Positions 29,481 through 40,278 of a stretch of 64,000 bases of DNA are shown piece after piece. A program made the translations under genes and the position numbers. Below the pieces are notes generated by a model. The model was not told the DNA's origin. It ran no database searches and saw only the letters and a program-made list of their open reading frames with translations. Each line of letters starts with the position of its first letter. Position 1 is the stretch's first letter. Source of the stretch: an uncultured Nitrospiraceae bacterium (GTDB taxonomy: Bacteria; Nitrospirota; Nitrospiria; Nitrospirales; Nitrospiraceae); assembly GCA_963706325.1 (NCBI GenBank), contig CAVPLT010000001.1, positions 288,001-352,000 on the forward strand, in the 5' to 3' direction.

Positions 29481-30077
29481 TTACATCGGCTGTTGCGCCG
29501 GCGCCGGAGAAGCCGGCTGCTGATCGAACTCTTCCAACGGCTCGAAATTGAGCGGCAACTGGAACAGATAATCGATCACCGGGCGCAACTTGACATGCTG
29601 ATACTCGACGATCCAACTTCCGTCTTTCTTCGCCAGTTTCATCGGGAAGCGAATGTCCGTAGCCAGCCATTGATAATAGACTTCCGTCCGTTCGCCTTGC
29701 TTGACCGTGACTTCGTAAAGGGTCGTTGGATGCCCCTCTCGCGTTTCCGTTCCGATTTCTTCGCGTGCGACTTCGCCCTCCAGCCGCTCCGACACTTGCA
29801 GGTCTTGCTCGGCACTATAGGGCAGGGTCTTAAAACGCTTGATTCGCGACAACAATAACCACACGACATTCTTATCTTTCCGCACGATGCTGACATTGAC
29901 CGGCCCCATCGAATGGTGTTCGATCCGCCACATACTGTCGCGGTAGTAGATATTGGATTTTTGGGTGCGCCCATTTATCTTGGTCACTTGATCGGCCGTA
30001 AACTCCAACGCCTGGGCTTCAATGGCGCCGCAGATGAAGAGGCCCAACAATAATGACCATGACTTACAAGTGCGCAT
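29481..30077 (-). CDS. DUF4412-like exported protein
   Basis: Signal peptide, EFTADQV, IVRKDK.VVW, G.ET..GHPT..Y, LFQLP. Confidence 0.78.
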   Translation of the reverse strand: MRTCKSWSLLLGLFICGAIEAQALEFTADQVTKINGRTQKSNIYYRDSMWRIEHHSMGPVNVSIVRKDKNVVWLLLSRIKRFKTLPYSAEQDLQVSERLEGEVAREEIGTETREGHPTTLYEVTVKQGERTEVYYQWLATDIRFPMKLAKKDGSWIVEYQHVKLRPVIDYLFQLPLNFEPLEEFDQQPASPAPAQQPM

Positions 30078-30416
30078 CCTGCCTATCCTACCGAGGTGAG
30101 ATGTGAATTTTCCAGAGCTCTTACTATGCATGATACGGCTCAGGACCGTTCCGCTCAATCAACCTGCCGATCTTCCCCTCTGTGGGCCTCACCCTATCCC
30201 GCAAATACGGGCAGCAACCTGTGCGAAAACGCAGCGGTCCGGACTGTTTCTCTAGTGATCGACACGTGATGTGATTGCTGACCCCCGGCAGCACAGGAAG
30301 GGACGGCCTGTATCCCCCAGTTCAGAGATACCTCGCCAGGTGCGCCACCGCGACCACGGTCCGCCCGGCGGAGGCCGAGCAGACACGCAGACCATGAGAC
30401 ACGAGAAGGGTTCGCC

Positions 30417-31028
30417 TTACGGTTTAGCCTTAATACACTCGATGTCGAGCTTGATCAATACCTCGTCGCCGACGATGAGCCCCCCGCCGTCCAGCGCATT
30501 ATTCCAGACCATGCCGAAGTCCTTCCGATTCACTTTACCTTCGGCGGTGAATCCTGCGCGGGTATTGCCCCAGGGGTCTTTTGTGACGCCGTTCAGATTC
30601 CCTGTCAGCGTCATCTCTTTCGTCACGCCACGCAACGTCAGGTCACCGATCGCCGTATAGCCATCTCCGGACTTTTTGTAGCTTTTCATCTTGTAGACCA
30701 TCGTCGGATACTTCTCGACATCGAAGAAATCAGGATTCCTGAGATGGGTATCCCGCTTTTCCTGGTTGGTGGTCACAGATGCCGTCTTGATCGTGGCGTC
30801 AATTGCCTTGACGGTCCCGGCATCGGGATCCATTTCGATGAAGCCGGTGTAGTCTTTGAAGTGGCCCGTGGTCTTGGAGATCACCATGTGGGCCACCTTG
30901 AACTCCACGATCGAATGATCCGGGTCCACATCGTATCGCGCGGTTTCAGCAGACGTGTACGCTGCATTGAGCAGCACACTCGCGCCTAGACAGAGCATGG
31001 CCATTGCACGACCGGTCCGATTTGTCAT
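30417..31028 (-). CDS. YceI family protein
   Basis: DPDHSIVEF.VAH, RDTHLRNPDFF, GDLTLRGVTK, DPWG..RAGF. Confidence 0.95.
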   Translation of the reverse strand: MTNRTGRAMAMLCLGASVLLNAAYTSAETARYDVDPDHSIVEFKVAHMVISKTTGHFKDYTGFIEMDPDAGTVKAIDATIKTASVTTNQEKRDTHLRNPDFFDVEKYPTMVYKMKSYKKSGDGYTAIGDLTLRGVTKEMTLTGNLNGVTKDPWGNTRAGFTAEGKVNRKDFGMVWNNALDGGGLIVGDEVLIKLDIECIKAKP

Positions 31029-31030
31029 AG

Positions 31031-32050
31031 CTACTCCTTTGTAGAACCGCTCGGTGCGGCTCCTTCCTTCGGTGAGGGAGGCGCGGCAGGTTTGGACGAT
31101 TTTTTGTCCACCGTCATCTGCACATCGCGGGTCGCGACTTTCGCCCCAGTACGCATCCGCACATGCACATCGACGATATCTCCGCCCACATCGGGCGGGA
31201 TCGGAGGAAACGGGTGGGCATGGATGATGGTCTGCAGTCCGGCATCGTTCACGTCTCGCGCGCCCGAGCTTTTCTCCAGTTGGATCAGTTGCGCCACACC
31301 ACTCGCATACATTTTGAAATGCACGCGCACCGTCTCGCTGCTGGGCGAGCGGCGAATAGACCGTATTTGCCGGCTCCAGTTCCGGCTGATCAAATCGCTG
31401 ACCTGTTTCCAGTACGCTTTGGATTCTCCCGGTGGAGGCAAAGGCAACAGATCTTCCTCTGCAATGGTCGCGTTGACGGCGAGCACTTGCTCCGTCGCCT
31501 TCTGCACCGCCGCCGGGTCGGCTTCGGGACTTTCCACGAGTGGCCCTGGGGGTATTTCGGCTTCCTCAGGTGGTCGATCACCCAATGTGACGTAGAAATC
31601 ACGTTTCAAAAATTCTTCGAGCCCCGTGATTTTTGCCCGAGCGAAGGAAACCCGCACTCTCACGGCCTTGGGATGCACCGTGGTCCGGCTCTTGAGGGTG
31701 GAATTAGGTTCCAAAATTGCGGTCCCTTGGTACACCGCCGGCGTCGCATCTTCGCTCAATGAAACGGTCTGGCTCTGGAACCCCGCAGACTCGATGATGG
31801 CCATGACCGATTCCGTCCCCGACGGCAACCCACCGAGGGTAAGACTGAGCACGACGTCTTTCCCCGCCTGCACGGAGCCATCCTCTTCGGTACTCACCAG
31901 TTCAAATTGCGCCCATCGTTTGGGACTCACTGCGGTTGCGGACGGAGTTTGGCCGGCAATTGCCGGCAGAGGCAGGAAAGAAAGGCACAATACAATGCCC
32001 AGCCCGGCGACCGCTGTGACCGGACATTGGCCGAAATGACGTCGCATCAT
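31031..32050 (-). CDS. exported protein with TonB C-terminal-like domain
   Basis: YWKQV...I.RNW, KSSG...NDAGL..I..AHPFPP.P. Confidence 0.8.
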   Translation of the reverse strand: MMRRHFGQCPVTAVAGLGIVLCLSFLPLPAIAGQTPSATAVSPKRWAQFELVSTEEDGSVQAGKDVVLSLTLGGLPSGTESVMAIIESAGFQSQTVSLSEDATPAVYQGTAILEPNSTLKSRTTVHPKAVRVRVSFARAKITGLEEFLKRDFYVTLGDRPPEEAEIPPGPLVESPEADPAAVQKATEQVLAVNATIAEEDLLPLPPPGESKAYWKQVSDLISRNWSRQIRSIRRSPSSETVRVHFKMYASGVAQLIQLEKSSGARDVNDAGLQTIIHAHPFPPIPPDVGGDIVDVHVRMRTGAKVATRDVQMTVDKKSSKPAAPPSPKEGAAPSGSTKE

Positions 32051-32210
32051 CGCATCCTACCCAGGAGCTGTACTCAGTTCAACCCGTTTTTTGCCGTCTA
32101 CTCGAGCAAGCAGGCGGCTGGTCGCTACACTGAACATGGCGCGTTCCACAACATTCGGTGACGTTCTCGGTTCGGCTAGGCATTTCGCGCACGCTTGTTA
32201 TAATGGGGCT

Positions 32211-33245
32211 ATGCGTGCGCTTGTCAAAACTTCCGCAGGGCCGGGGCTGACCTACACCAATCGCCCCGATCCAACGCCGGGACCATCTGACGCCGTCATT
32301 CACATCAAAGCCACCTCGCTCTGCGGAACCGATGCCCATATTTACAATTGGGATGCCTGGGCCCACAGCCGTATCCATCCTCCGCGGACGATCGGACATG
32401 AAATGTGCGGCGAGGTCGTCGCGATCGGCGCGGATGTCACGCTCGTGCGCGTGGGGGACTACGTTGCCGCAGAATCGCACTTGACCTGTGGCGCATGCTT
32501 TCAATGCCGGACCGGGCAGGCGCACGTCTGCAAGAACTACCGTATTCTAGGCGTTGACCTGGATGGATCGTTTGCGGACTACGTGGTGCTTCCGGAGACA
32601 GTGCTCTGGAAAACCTCACCCGATATCCCGCCGGAGTTAGCCTCTGTGCAGGAGCCCTTGGGTAACGCTGTGGATGCGGCTCTGGTGGAAGACCTGACCG
32701 GCCACACGGTCTTGATCACCGGCTGCGGCCCTACCGGACTTTTCGCCGCCGCCGTGGCCCGCACTGCAGGAGCTGCCACGATTATCGCAACAGATGTCAG
32801 CGACTATCGTCTTGGGTTGGCGAAGCAAGTCGGCGTCGATCACACGCTGAACGCACGGACCGATGGGCCTGAGACCATTGCCGCAGCGATTCTGGATATT
32901 ACCGGAGGAGAAGGTGTCGATGCGTCGTTGGAAATGTCCGGCCATCCCACCGCGCTGCACCATGCCTTTCGATCCGTAAAAAACGGCGGGCGCGTGACCC
33001 TGTTCGGCATTCCAACCGGGCCCGTCACCTGCGATCTTGCCAACGAGGTGATCTTTAAAGGCATCCGGGTGCATGGCATTACCGGTCGACGTCTGTTTAG
33101 TACGTGGTATCGATTGGCAGGACTGTTCAAAGCCGGCCTCAACATCCGCCCGGTCATCACCCATACCTTTCCGCTGAAAGACTTCGCCCAAGGATTTGAA
33201 TTGATCAAGTCCGGCCAATGCGGCAAAGTAGTCTTGTTTCCGTGA
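32211..33245 (+). CDS. tdh: L-threonine 3-dehydrogenase
   Basis: SLCGTD.HIYNWD.WA, GHEMCG, structural Zn cysteines, GQCGKVVL; adjacent to kbl. Confidence 0.96.
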   Translation: MRALVKTSAGPGLTYTNRPDPTPGPSDAVIHIKATSLCGTDAHIYNWDAWAHSRIHPPRTIGHEMCGEVVAIGADVTLVRVGDYVAAESHLTCGACFQCRTGQAHVCKNYRILGVDLDGSFADYVVLPETVLWKTSPDIPPELASVQEPLGNAVDAALVEDLTGHTVLITGCGPTGLFAAAVARTAGAATIIATDVSDYRLGLAKQVGVDHTLNARTDGPETIAAAILDITGGEGVDASLEMSGHPTALHHAFRSVKNGGRVTLFGIPTGPVTCDLANEVIFKGIRVHGITGRRLFSTWYRLAGLFKAGLNIRPVITHTFPLKDFAQGFELIKSGQCGKVVLFP

Positions 33246-33327
33246 GATCTGCGACGTACGCCGTGAGGGCGGCTCACACCGCTCTCCGGTCGGCGAGACG
33301 CCTGACGCTTCACGTCTGACGACAAAT

Positions 33328-34518
33328 ATGGCTTACAATTCTCTCAAGAAAGCCACCGAGCAGCAGCTCACCGACATTCGCGCGGCCGGTCTCTACAAAA
33401 CCGAGCGAAAAATCTTAAGCCCCCAGAGCGGCGAGATTCGAGTGGCGCAGGGAGAAGTCCTGAACCTTTGTGCCAACAATTATCTCGGACTGGCGAATCA
33501 TCCAGAGGTGAAGCAAGCGGCCATCGATGGACTGAGGGACTACGGCTACGGGATGGCCTCGGTCCGCTTCATCTGCGGAACTCATCAACTGCACACGCAG
33601 CTCGAACAGGCCCTCAGTGCATTTTTCAACACCGCGGACACCATCCTCTACAGCTCATGCTTCGATGCGAACGGCGGCTTGTTCGAAACCCTGCTCGACG
33701 AACGAGACGCCGTCATCAGCGATGCCTTGAACCACGCGAGCCTGATCGACGGCATCCGGCTCTGCAAAGCCGCTCGCCTGCGTTATGCCCATGGCGATAT
33801 GACAGAGCTGGAAGCACGATTGGCCGAATCGGCAGCGAGTCGCGTCCGAATGATCGTCACGGATGGCGTGTTTTCGATGGACGGCGATCTAGCGAAACTG
33901 GACCGTATCGTCGAATTGGCTGATCGGTACGATGCCGCAGTCGTCGTGGATGACAGTCATGCCACCGGGGTTCTGGGCAGCGGCGGACGCGGCACGCCTG
34001 ACCACTTCGGAGTCGCCGGACGAATCGACCTGATCACCAGCACTCTGGGCAAAGCGCTCGGCGGCGCCACGGGCGGATTTACCACCGGACGAAAAGAACT
34101 CATTGAATTGTTGCGCCAGCGCTCGCGGCCTTATCTCTTCTCTAATAGCTTGCCACCGGTCATTGCCGCAGCCGCGTTGAAAGCGTTGACGCTGGTAGAG
34201 CAGGGCGACCGCTTGCGCGAGATGTTGACGGAGCAGGCGCGATGGTTCCGCGGGCAACTTACGGCCCTCGGATTCACCCTCGCGCCGGGCGCCCATCCCA
34301 TCATGCCGGTCATGCTCGGAGAAGCCACACTGGCGGCGCAAATGGCGGAGTTGCTGCTGCAAGAAGGCATCTATGTCGTGGGATTCAGTTACCCTGTAGT
34401 GCCGAAAGGACAGGCCCGCATCCGCCTGCAGCTATCCGCGGGGCATACGCGTCCGCAACTAGAACGGGCCGTCGCCGCATTCGCCAAGGTCGGCCGCGCA
34501 CTCAAGGTGATCCCGTAG
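33328..34518 (+). CDS. kbl: glycine C-acetyltransferase (2-amino-3-ketobutyrate CoA ligase)
   Basis: [40 protein letters not shown]. Confidence 0.97.
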   Translation: MAYNSLKKATEQQLTDIRAAGLYKTERKILSPQSGEIRVAQGEVLNLCANNYLGLANHPEVKQAAIDGLRDYGYGMASVRFICGTHQLHTQLEQALSAFFNTADTILYSSCFDANGGLFETLLDERDAVISDALNHASLIDGIRLCKAARLRYAHGDMTELEARLAESAASRVRMIVTDGVFSMDGDLAKLDRIVELADRYDAAVVVDDSHATGVLGSGGRGTPDHFGVAGRIDLITSTLGKALGGATGGFTTGRKELIELLRQRSRPYLFSNSLPPVIAAAALKALTLVEQGDRLREMLTEQARWFRGQLTALGFTLAPGAHPIMPVMLGEATLAAQMAELLLQEGIYVVGFSYPVVPKGQARIRLQLSAGHTRPQLERAVAAFAKVGRALKVIP

Positions 34519-34522
34519 ATCG

Positions 34523-35500
34523 TTACTCTCTGATCTGATTCCGCCGCTTTTGAATATAGGCGTTTTTGACGGCTGTATAGAGATCTAGCGTCGCTTCCTC
34601 CACCCCTTGAAACTTTTCCAGGTTTAACGAGCGGTCGTTCACGATCTCACCCACGCGCATACCGATCTGAGCGATCGACGACGTCGTCCGATTGGAATGG
34701 GCCACCAATGAGGGAATACCGTTCACTTCTATAATCGGAAAAACTAACCAGTTGATCGGATTCAGGGCAATATCTCCAAGATACCCAAAGAAGTCCCGTA
34801 CAGTGAACGGTTGAAGGAACGGCACCACGAGATAGGGTCCAGGTTTCACGCCATAATAGCCCAGGGTCTGTCCGGTGTCTTCCTCCGGCGTCGTAATGTT
34901 CAGCTCTCGAGCCACATCGACCACTCCGCCGAACCCGAAGGTGCTGTTCAACAAAAAGCGACCGACCTCAGTGCCGGCCCCGGCCAACTTACCTTGTGCC
35001 AGATTGTTAATGAGGCGCGATGGAAAACGAAAGTTGTAAAACACATTGCTGATGCCGATCTGAACCGGATTGGGCACCACGGCGTTGTAACCTTGCGCAA
35101 CGGGCTTGAGCACCCACCGGTCCACCTGTCGATTGAACTCAAACACCTTCGTGTTGACCGGCTCCCAAGGATCGTACTCTTCTCCCCCGGTAGGGTCATC
35201 GCTCCTCGCAAAGGGATCGTAAAATGGATCGTCCTCAGGCTGGTTTCCCGGTTCCGCCTGAACGGTTTCGACGGCATTGCCTGTCGCCTTGGGCTCGCTC
35301 TGAGAGGTCGAAGAGACAACCTTCCGCTTCTCCGCAGTGTTCGTTACAGCCTCCGCCACCGTAGGAGGCCCGACCTCGTCAGCGCCGGAAATCAAGGACG
35401 GGCGAGATGGCCCGCCTGCACAGCCAAACATGGCCACTACACCAACAGCGTATACCATTCCAACGAACCATCTCACGCTTACCGATGTCCGATGCACCAT
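34523..35500 (-). CDS. VacJ/MlaA family lipoprotein
   Basis: Lipobox MFGC, DPWEPVN.KVFEFN, RFLLNSTFG, EDTGQTLG.YG..PGPYL. Confidence 0.92.
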   Translation of the reverse strand: MVHRTSVSVRWFVGMVYAVGVVAMFGCAGGPSRPSLISGADEVGPPTVAEAVTNTAEKRKVVSSTSQSEPKATGNAVETVQAEPGNQPEDDPFYDPFARSDDPTGGEEYDPWEPVNTKVFEFNRQVDRWVLKPVAQGYNAVVPNPVQIGISNVFYNFRFPSRLINNLAQGKLAGAGTEVGRFLLNSTFGFGGVVDVARELNITTPEEDTGQTLGYYGVKPGPYLVVPFLQPFTVRDFFGYLGDIALNPINWLVFPIIEVNGIPSLVAHSNRTTSSIAQIGMRVGEIVNDRSLNLEKFQGVEEATLDLYTAVKNAYIQKRRNQIRE

Positions 35501-35727
35501 GCCTCCTTTTTCGGGAGGCTCTCCTCCTCCCTCCCCATCACGCCGTAGCGTCACTTCTGCAGCAAGCAGACGCACTGTACCAGAATGGCCAGGTACCCGC
35601 CAGATGATGGAATCTCGTCAGGTTGTTTTCGAGGCCGAAGATACCTTGACCATACGTACCCCATCTTATCAAGCGAACGACTTGTGAACATAAAAAACGC
35701 AGAAGGTGCGACAAGTTTCTCCGGACA

Positions 35728-36489
35728 TCAGCGCTTCAGAACAGAGCTGATGAATTCAGAGAGCTTGGCGAAATAGGCCCTCCCTCCGACCGACGGCACA
35801 TCATTATGATTGGCCCCCCGCACAACGTAAAACTCCTTGGGGGGCTTCGCGGCGGCGAATGCGCGTTGGCCCAATTCCATCGGGATAATGTCATCTCGGT
35901 CGCCGTGGACGAACAGCTTCGGCAACGAGAGGTGAGGCAGCCGATCCTCCAATCGAAATGCGGCGCCCAGCAGCCAATGAAGGGGCAACCCTAGGTAGTG
36001 GTGGCGGGCCACCGCCTCGATGGAAGGAAAGCAGGATTCGAGCAGCAAACCCATTGCCGGCCGTTGCGCAGCCACTGCCCCGGCGATTGCGCCGCCCAAC
36101 GATCGGCCAAAGATCGCTAGACGCTCCGGCCTGATGCCGCGGATATGCCGAAGATAATCATAGGCGGCAAGCGCATCTAAATAGAGTCCATCCTCTGACG
36201 GTCGCCCTTGGCTTCGCCCGTACCCGCGATAGTCGAACAGAAACACCGACAGCCCCAGCCGATAGAGCGCCTGGAGATTTTCCAGCCGATCGATCAGGTT
36301 CCCCGCGTTGCCATGGCACCACAGCAGCATGGCGGAGGTGTTCGGCTGCTCCACGTACCAGCCGAACAGTTTCATTCCATCAGCCGACTGAAACCACACG
36401 TCCTCCAGCGGGAGTCCACTGACTTTGGCCCAATCGCGCTCCTCCCACGGATGCGGATGGTAGACAAAGATTTGATCAAGCAAGCTCAT
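35728..36489 (-). CDS. alpha/beta hydrolase (ABHD17/YfhR-like)
   Basis: HGNAGN, DYRGYG.S, GRSLGG, HGDRD, HND. Confidence 0.93.
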   Translation of the reverse strand: MSLLDQIFVYHPHPWEERDWAKVSGLPLEDVWFQSADGMKLFGWYVEQPNTSAMLLWCHGNAGNLIDRLENLQALYRLGLSVFLFDYRGYGRSQGRPSEDGLYLDALAAYDYLRHIRGIRPERLAIFGRSLGGAIAGAVAAQRPAMGLLLESCFPSIEAVARHHYLGLPLHWLLGAAFRLEDRLPHLSLPKLFVHGDRDDIIPMELGQRAFAAAKPPKEFYVVRGANHNDVPSVGGRAYFAKLSEFISSVLKR

Positions 36490-36565
36490 GCTATGCGTGG
36501 CGCTGAAGGTGGTGAAGAAGTATTGGATGCTTGGCCCTGTGGCTGGTTCCGAGAACCAATGTCCA

Positions 36566-37198
36566 TTAAAAATGCAGGCCGATTCCGAACAGACCGTAAT
36601 GCGCGCGAAAGTCTACCGCCAAGCCCTCCCAGTGATAGTTCGCGGAAAAGTATCGATACTCTCCGAAGATAAATACTTTCGGACTGACCATAGTCCGCAC
36701 GCCGGCTAAGTACTGATGTCCGAGCGCACGGGCAGACTCGAAATCCTTATCGGCCCGTCCGGTAATATTGGGGTTGAGCAGAGTGCCCTGCGACCAACCG
36801 GTACCGATCCCGACGTAGGGCATGACCACCTCACCAGGATAGCGGAGGACCAGATTAAACATCGTATTGAGGATCAAGAAATTGGAACGACCAATGCCGT
36901 TGTCCTGTCCATTCGCGTTGTTTGGAAAAGACAGTGCCCCGCCATGAGCGGATGAATCCAGCTCAAGCCCAACCACCCTTTTGGTAAAATGCGGGAATAG
37001 CCCTACCTTGATCCCAGCGCCAATCCCCTGTTGGACTGAGGCGGGTACCGTCGTACCCTGATTGTATAGATTCTGATCACGGGGCCAGCTTCCCAGCATA
37101 TAGACACTGAGGTCGATGTCGCCGAATTCGGCATTGTGGCCAGCAGATGGAGTCCCCAGTGAAGAAAGCACGATGAGAACGCAAACGAGGAGCCACAT
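36566..37198 (-). CDS. outer membrane beta-barrel protein
   Basis: Signal peptide, PYVGIG, FGEYRY, C-terminal GIGLHF. Confidence 0.85.
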   Translation of the reverse strand: MWLLVCVLIVLSSLGTPSAGHNAEFGDIDLSVYMLGSWPRDQNLYNQGTTVPASVQQGIGAGIKVGLFPHFTKRVVGLELDSSAHGGALSFPNNANGQDNGIGRSNFLILNTMFNLVLRYPGEVVMPYVGIGTGWSQGTLLNPNITGRADKDFESARALGHQYLAGVRTMVSPKVFIFGEYRYFSANYHWEGLAVDFRAHYGLFGIGLHF

Positions 37199-37241
37199 AC
37201 TGCCTGTACCGTACCATGCAGGTGGCAATGGAACGAAGAAA

Positions 37242-37281
37242 GAAAAAGGGTCTTCGGGATAAATCCCGAAGACCCTTTTTC
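37242..37281. terminator. perfect 19-bp inverted repeat, terminator after the TRL gene
   Basis: GAAAAAGGGTCTTCGGGAT-AA-ATCCCGAAGACCCTTTTTC. Confidence 0.88.
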
Positions 37282-37300
37282 AGAAGCACAGAAACGGAGA

Positions 37301-37628
37301 TCAGCTACCCTTCACGACCGTGCACCATTCGCCGATAATACCGAGAATGTTTTTAGCGGTGTGATCGACGGAGGCCACCGTCGTGATCCCGCCGGCCGCT
37401 TTGGCTGCCGTCACGCTGGCATCACCGGTTGCTACCCAGCCCAGAGATGGACTGGCCGCATGCTTTGCCTTCTTTGGTGGCAGTAGCATGGTCCGTCGCC
37501 GTATCACCATACTTCACTTCGGTGAAAATAAAGCCCGTCATCGGAGATGCCACGATCTGACAGCCGGTGAGGCTGAGATATGCGGCGCCGATCAAGGTCA
37601 AAGAACACAACGCGGTCAACTTCTTCAT
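37301..37628 (-). pseudogene. TRL-like family lipoprotein, frameshifted by one extra base
   Basis: The N-half (lipobox LTGC...KEGKACGQSI) and C-half (LGWVATGDAS..AAK..GIT....VD...NILG....CT.VKG) join if 1 nt is removed near 37445. Confidence 0.85.
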
Positions 37629-37702
37629 AAGGCCTCCCTCTCGAGGTTATGGTTAATGCCCCCCAACTGTGCCCGTAGCATTGGGGGTTCTACTGGGGGC
37701 GG

Positions 37703-37731
37703 AGTATAGGTAAGGCCCCCAATCTTGTCAA
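37703..37731 (-). promoter_or_regulatory. near-consensus sigma70 promoter for the TRL gene
   Basis: TTGACA-17 nt-TATACT. Confidence 0.75.
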
Positions 37732-37780
37732 TGCGAAACGAGAAGAGATCATGCATCATGTATTGAAAAAGAGCGACGAA

Positions 37781-38200
37781 TTAGAGATTCTGACTGCGCT
37801 TCTCGGGTTCCAGAGTAATACCAAATTCTTCAGGATCATGTTCCCATGCCGCCGAAGAGAGCAGTCCAAATAGCGGCAGAAGAAACAACGCCCCGCCGAC
37901 AACGTCTAAAATTCCCAGTGTACTCAGCTTGCGCGAAGCAGATCGATATTGAGTCTGATAGCCTGGCTTTTGAACTTCCAGCAAGAGATTTTCTCCCCTG
38001 TATACTTCAAAATGTAAAGGAGTCGTCCCCATAGGTCTCCCGCTCATAATAACTCGAGCGCCAGGAGGATCGGATGATACTCCAATCGTCTCACTTCGAG
38101 GACCGAATAAAGAACACCCAGAAAGATGGCATGAGATGACTGCGAAGGAGATTCCTCTCAGAATTAGAGCTCGGTTACAGTGCAATAGATGCATGACCAC
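37781..38200 (-). CDS. PEGA domain lipoprotein
   Basis: LSGC lipobox, VSSDPPGARV...G..G.TP, KPGY; AT-richer than flanks. Confidence 0.82.
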   Translation of the reverse strand: MVMHLLHCNRALILRGISFAVISCHLSGCSLFGPRSETIGVSSDPPGARVIMSGRPMGTTPLHFEVYRGENLLLEVQKPGYQTQYRSASRKLSTLGILDVVGGALFLLPLFGLLSSAAWEHDPEEFGITLEPEKRSQNL

Positions 38201-38300
38201 CTCCAGGATACGTTATGATACCTATATCACAGGAATTAGTCACAGCAACAAAATACGATCTTTCTCATGTCTGGTTCTATATTCTTTCTGCGCCATCGAT

Positions 38301-40256
38301 TCAAAAAAACGCCTGCACGGTGAACAACACGTCGTTGTCATGGTCGCGGTGGTTGTATTCCATCCGTAACGCCCAATTTTGAGCGACTGTATAGCGTTGC
38401 GCCACCGACCACCTCAGGTCGTCGGACGTCTCTCCCAAGGCATACCGCAAATAGGTCGTCGAAGCCAACATCCGCCACCGTTCCGTGAGATCGGCGTAGA
38501 AACCTAGCGATGCGCCACCGCCGATGCGATGCCGTTCCTCATAGGCCCTGCTGTAATTCCCCTCCACCTCGGCAAACGCAAACCAGACCTCGCGGCGAAT
38601 CAGATGCGTGTCTGTGGCTGCGCCGATGCCGCCGCTGAGATTCCAATTGCTGCATAGGTCGCAGGTTCCATGTTTGATAGTCTGCATCCCGATATTAAAC
38701 TTCCAGGACGGGGCATGAAACAGCGAATCCACCGGCGAGATCGACATGACATTCATCAACGTCGCTCGCTCAACTCGCGTCTGATCGGCTCGATTATAGT
38801 GGCGCAGGCTGATCGAGCCGAGTTCAATCTGTGCGTCGGGCGTGTAGCCGGTCTCAGGGTCGAGCAGATCATGGTAGGCCGTCCGGAGGCTCACTTCTTC
38901 AAACGTATCGTTGTTGCGCCAGCCGCCGCCCACACTCACCCGGGAGGTCTTATGGCCCAATTCCGGCTGCAAGGCGAAGGGACGAATCGCGAGATCTTCC
39001 GACGGAATCCGCAACAGACTCCGCGCGGTCAAAATCTGCCTGTTCCGCTCTCTCGAAGCGACCGCCAAGTCCTCGTCACGTTCACCCCTGTACCGCACAT
39101 AGTCGGAGGCCACATCCAGCACGAACGCCTGACGAGGCAACGGCAACGCCCGAACCTCCTCCGACTGGCTGGCCGAGGCATCTCGCACCACTCGTTTCAC
39201 CAACATGTGTTCTTCGAGGGACAGATGTTCACGTTTGCGGCGGATGAGCGTCACCCGAGACGGACGGAATGAGATATCAGTCACCAATCCTGGTTGGGCT
39301 GCGAGCAGACGAACCGTGTCGGCCGGAACGGTCCAAAATACAAATCGGTCGGTCAGATGTAGCGAAGGGTCTGCATATTCCAATATCGACAACAGGTGAT
39401 ACGAGCAATTCTCCTTAAAGAAATAATAATCAAATGAAGCATTGCCGAGTTCCCAGGCATGCATGAGGAGCCGCCGAATCTGATCTCCATTAAAGCTCAG
39501 CCTGTACTCCCAGATGTCGCGGTTCTCGATATCCCGATACTCCTGCACCTTGAGGTAATAGGGAACGGTCGAGAAGTTTCCGCGGTAGCCGCCGAAAATA
39601 CCGCGTATCGGGTAATCGAGATTCGAGCCGGGAGGGACATCAGCGGCAAAATTAATGGTGTAGGCCAACAGCCGGGTTTGCGCCGTCTGCCCCCGTTGGT
39701 CGATCCGAAGAAAGGTATGCCCGAACATCGATGCCGGATTATTCATGAACGCGGCGGGGAAAATGAGCGAAACAGATTGCGCTTCGAATCCGGCAAACCA
39801 TTGATCGAACCGGTCACATTTCATTGGCGTGAGCCGGCTGTCGTCAAAGGCAAGCTGCTCTTTCAACCACGCGTACCGTGCGACAAATGCACATTGCGCA
39901 GGCTGCTTTGAACGGCCGACAAGGTCAGGCGAAAAGAATTGTGTCACGGTGGCGGCAAGTTCAGCGTCTGGATCAGTCTTGCCTTCCGGAGACATGAAGA
40001 AGCCGGGCTCATCCTGCTCGCTCTCGTAGCCCCCAAATAACTTGGCGCGATAATGCAACAAGAGATGCCATTCGCGCTGGTTCGCCAATCGAGCCTCGTG
40101 GGCTCGATGGAGGAGTTCCTGCAGGTACGGCGTGGTGGAGTCTTCCGCCTCGACGGAGGTCGTGAACAGGTAGACGGTCAGCAGGGCAACCAATATATGC
40201 ACGATTGAAAGCAGATACAAGAACAGGGCTCCGATCAGCGACCGGAGCCCTGTCAT
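38301..40256 (-). CDS. DUF4105 / Lnb-N-like domain protein with C-terminal beta-barrel
   Basis: W..LLHY, QC.F.AR..WL, NPASMFGHTFLR, Y...ENRDIWEY.L, YYFF.ENCSY, R.AYHDLLD; ends in F. Start may be the GTG at 40202. Confidence 0.88.
   Translation of the reverse strand: MTGLRSLIGALFLYLLSIVHILVALLTVYLFTTSVEAEDSTTPYLQELLHRAHEARLANQREWHLLLHYRAKLFGGYESEQDEPGFFMSPEGKTDPDAELAATVTQFFSPDLVGRSKQPAQCAFVARYAWLKEQLAFDDSRLTPMKCDRFDQWFAGFEAQSVSLIFPAAFMNNPASMFGHTFLRIDQRGQTAQTRLLAYTINFAADVPPGSNLDYPIRGIFGGYRGNFSTVPYYLKVQEYRDIENRDIWEYRLSFNGDQIRRLLMHAWELGNASFDYYFFKENCSYHLLSILEYADPSLHLTDRFVFWTVPADTVRLLAAQPGLVTDISFRPSRVTLIRRKREHLSLEEHMLVKRVVRDASASQSEEVRALPLPRQAFVLDVASDYVRYRGERDEDLAVASRERNRQILTARSLLRIPSEDLAIRPFALQPELGHKTSRVSVGGGWRNNDTFEEVSLRTAYHDLLDPETGYTPDAQIELGSISLRHYNRADQTRVERATLMNVMSISPVDSLFHAPSWKFNIGMQTIKHGTCDLCSNWNLSGGIGAATDTHLIRREVWFAFAEVEGNYSRAYEERHRIGGGASLGFYADLTERWRMLASTTYLRYALGETSDDLRWSVAQRYTVAQNWALRMEYNHRDHDNDVLFTVQAFF
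40223..40253 (-). terminator. hairpin after the DUF3015 gene
   Basis: ACAGGGCTCCG / CGGAGCCCTGT 11-bp stem followed by TCTTGT on the minus strand. Confidence 0.6.
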
Positions 40257-40278
40257 CGGTGGTCAGAATGAAAGAAAC

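Noticed and set aside
33246..33327. Weak GACG/CGTGA repeats between tdh and kbl
   Set aside because: Too degenerate to define a repeat unit or stable stem
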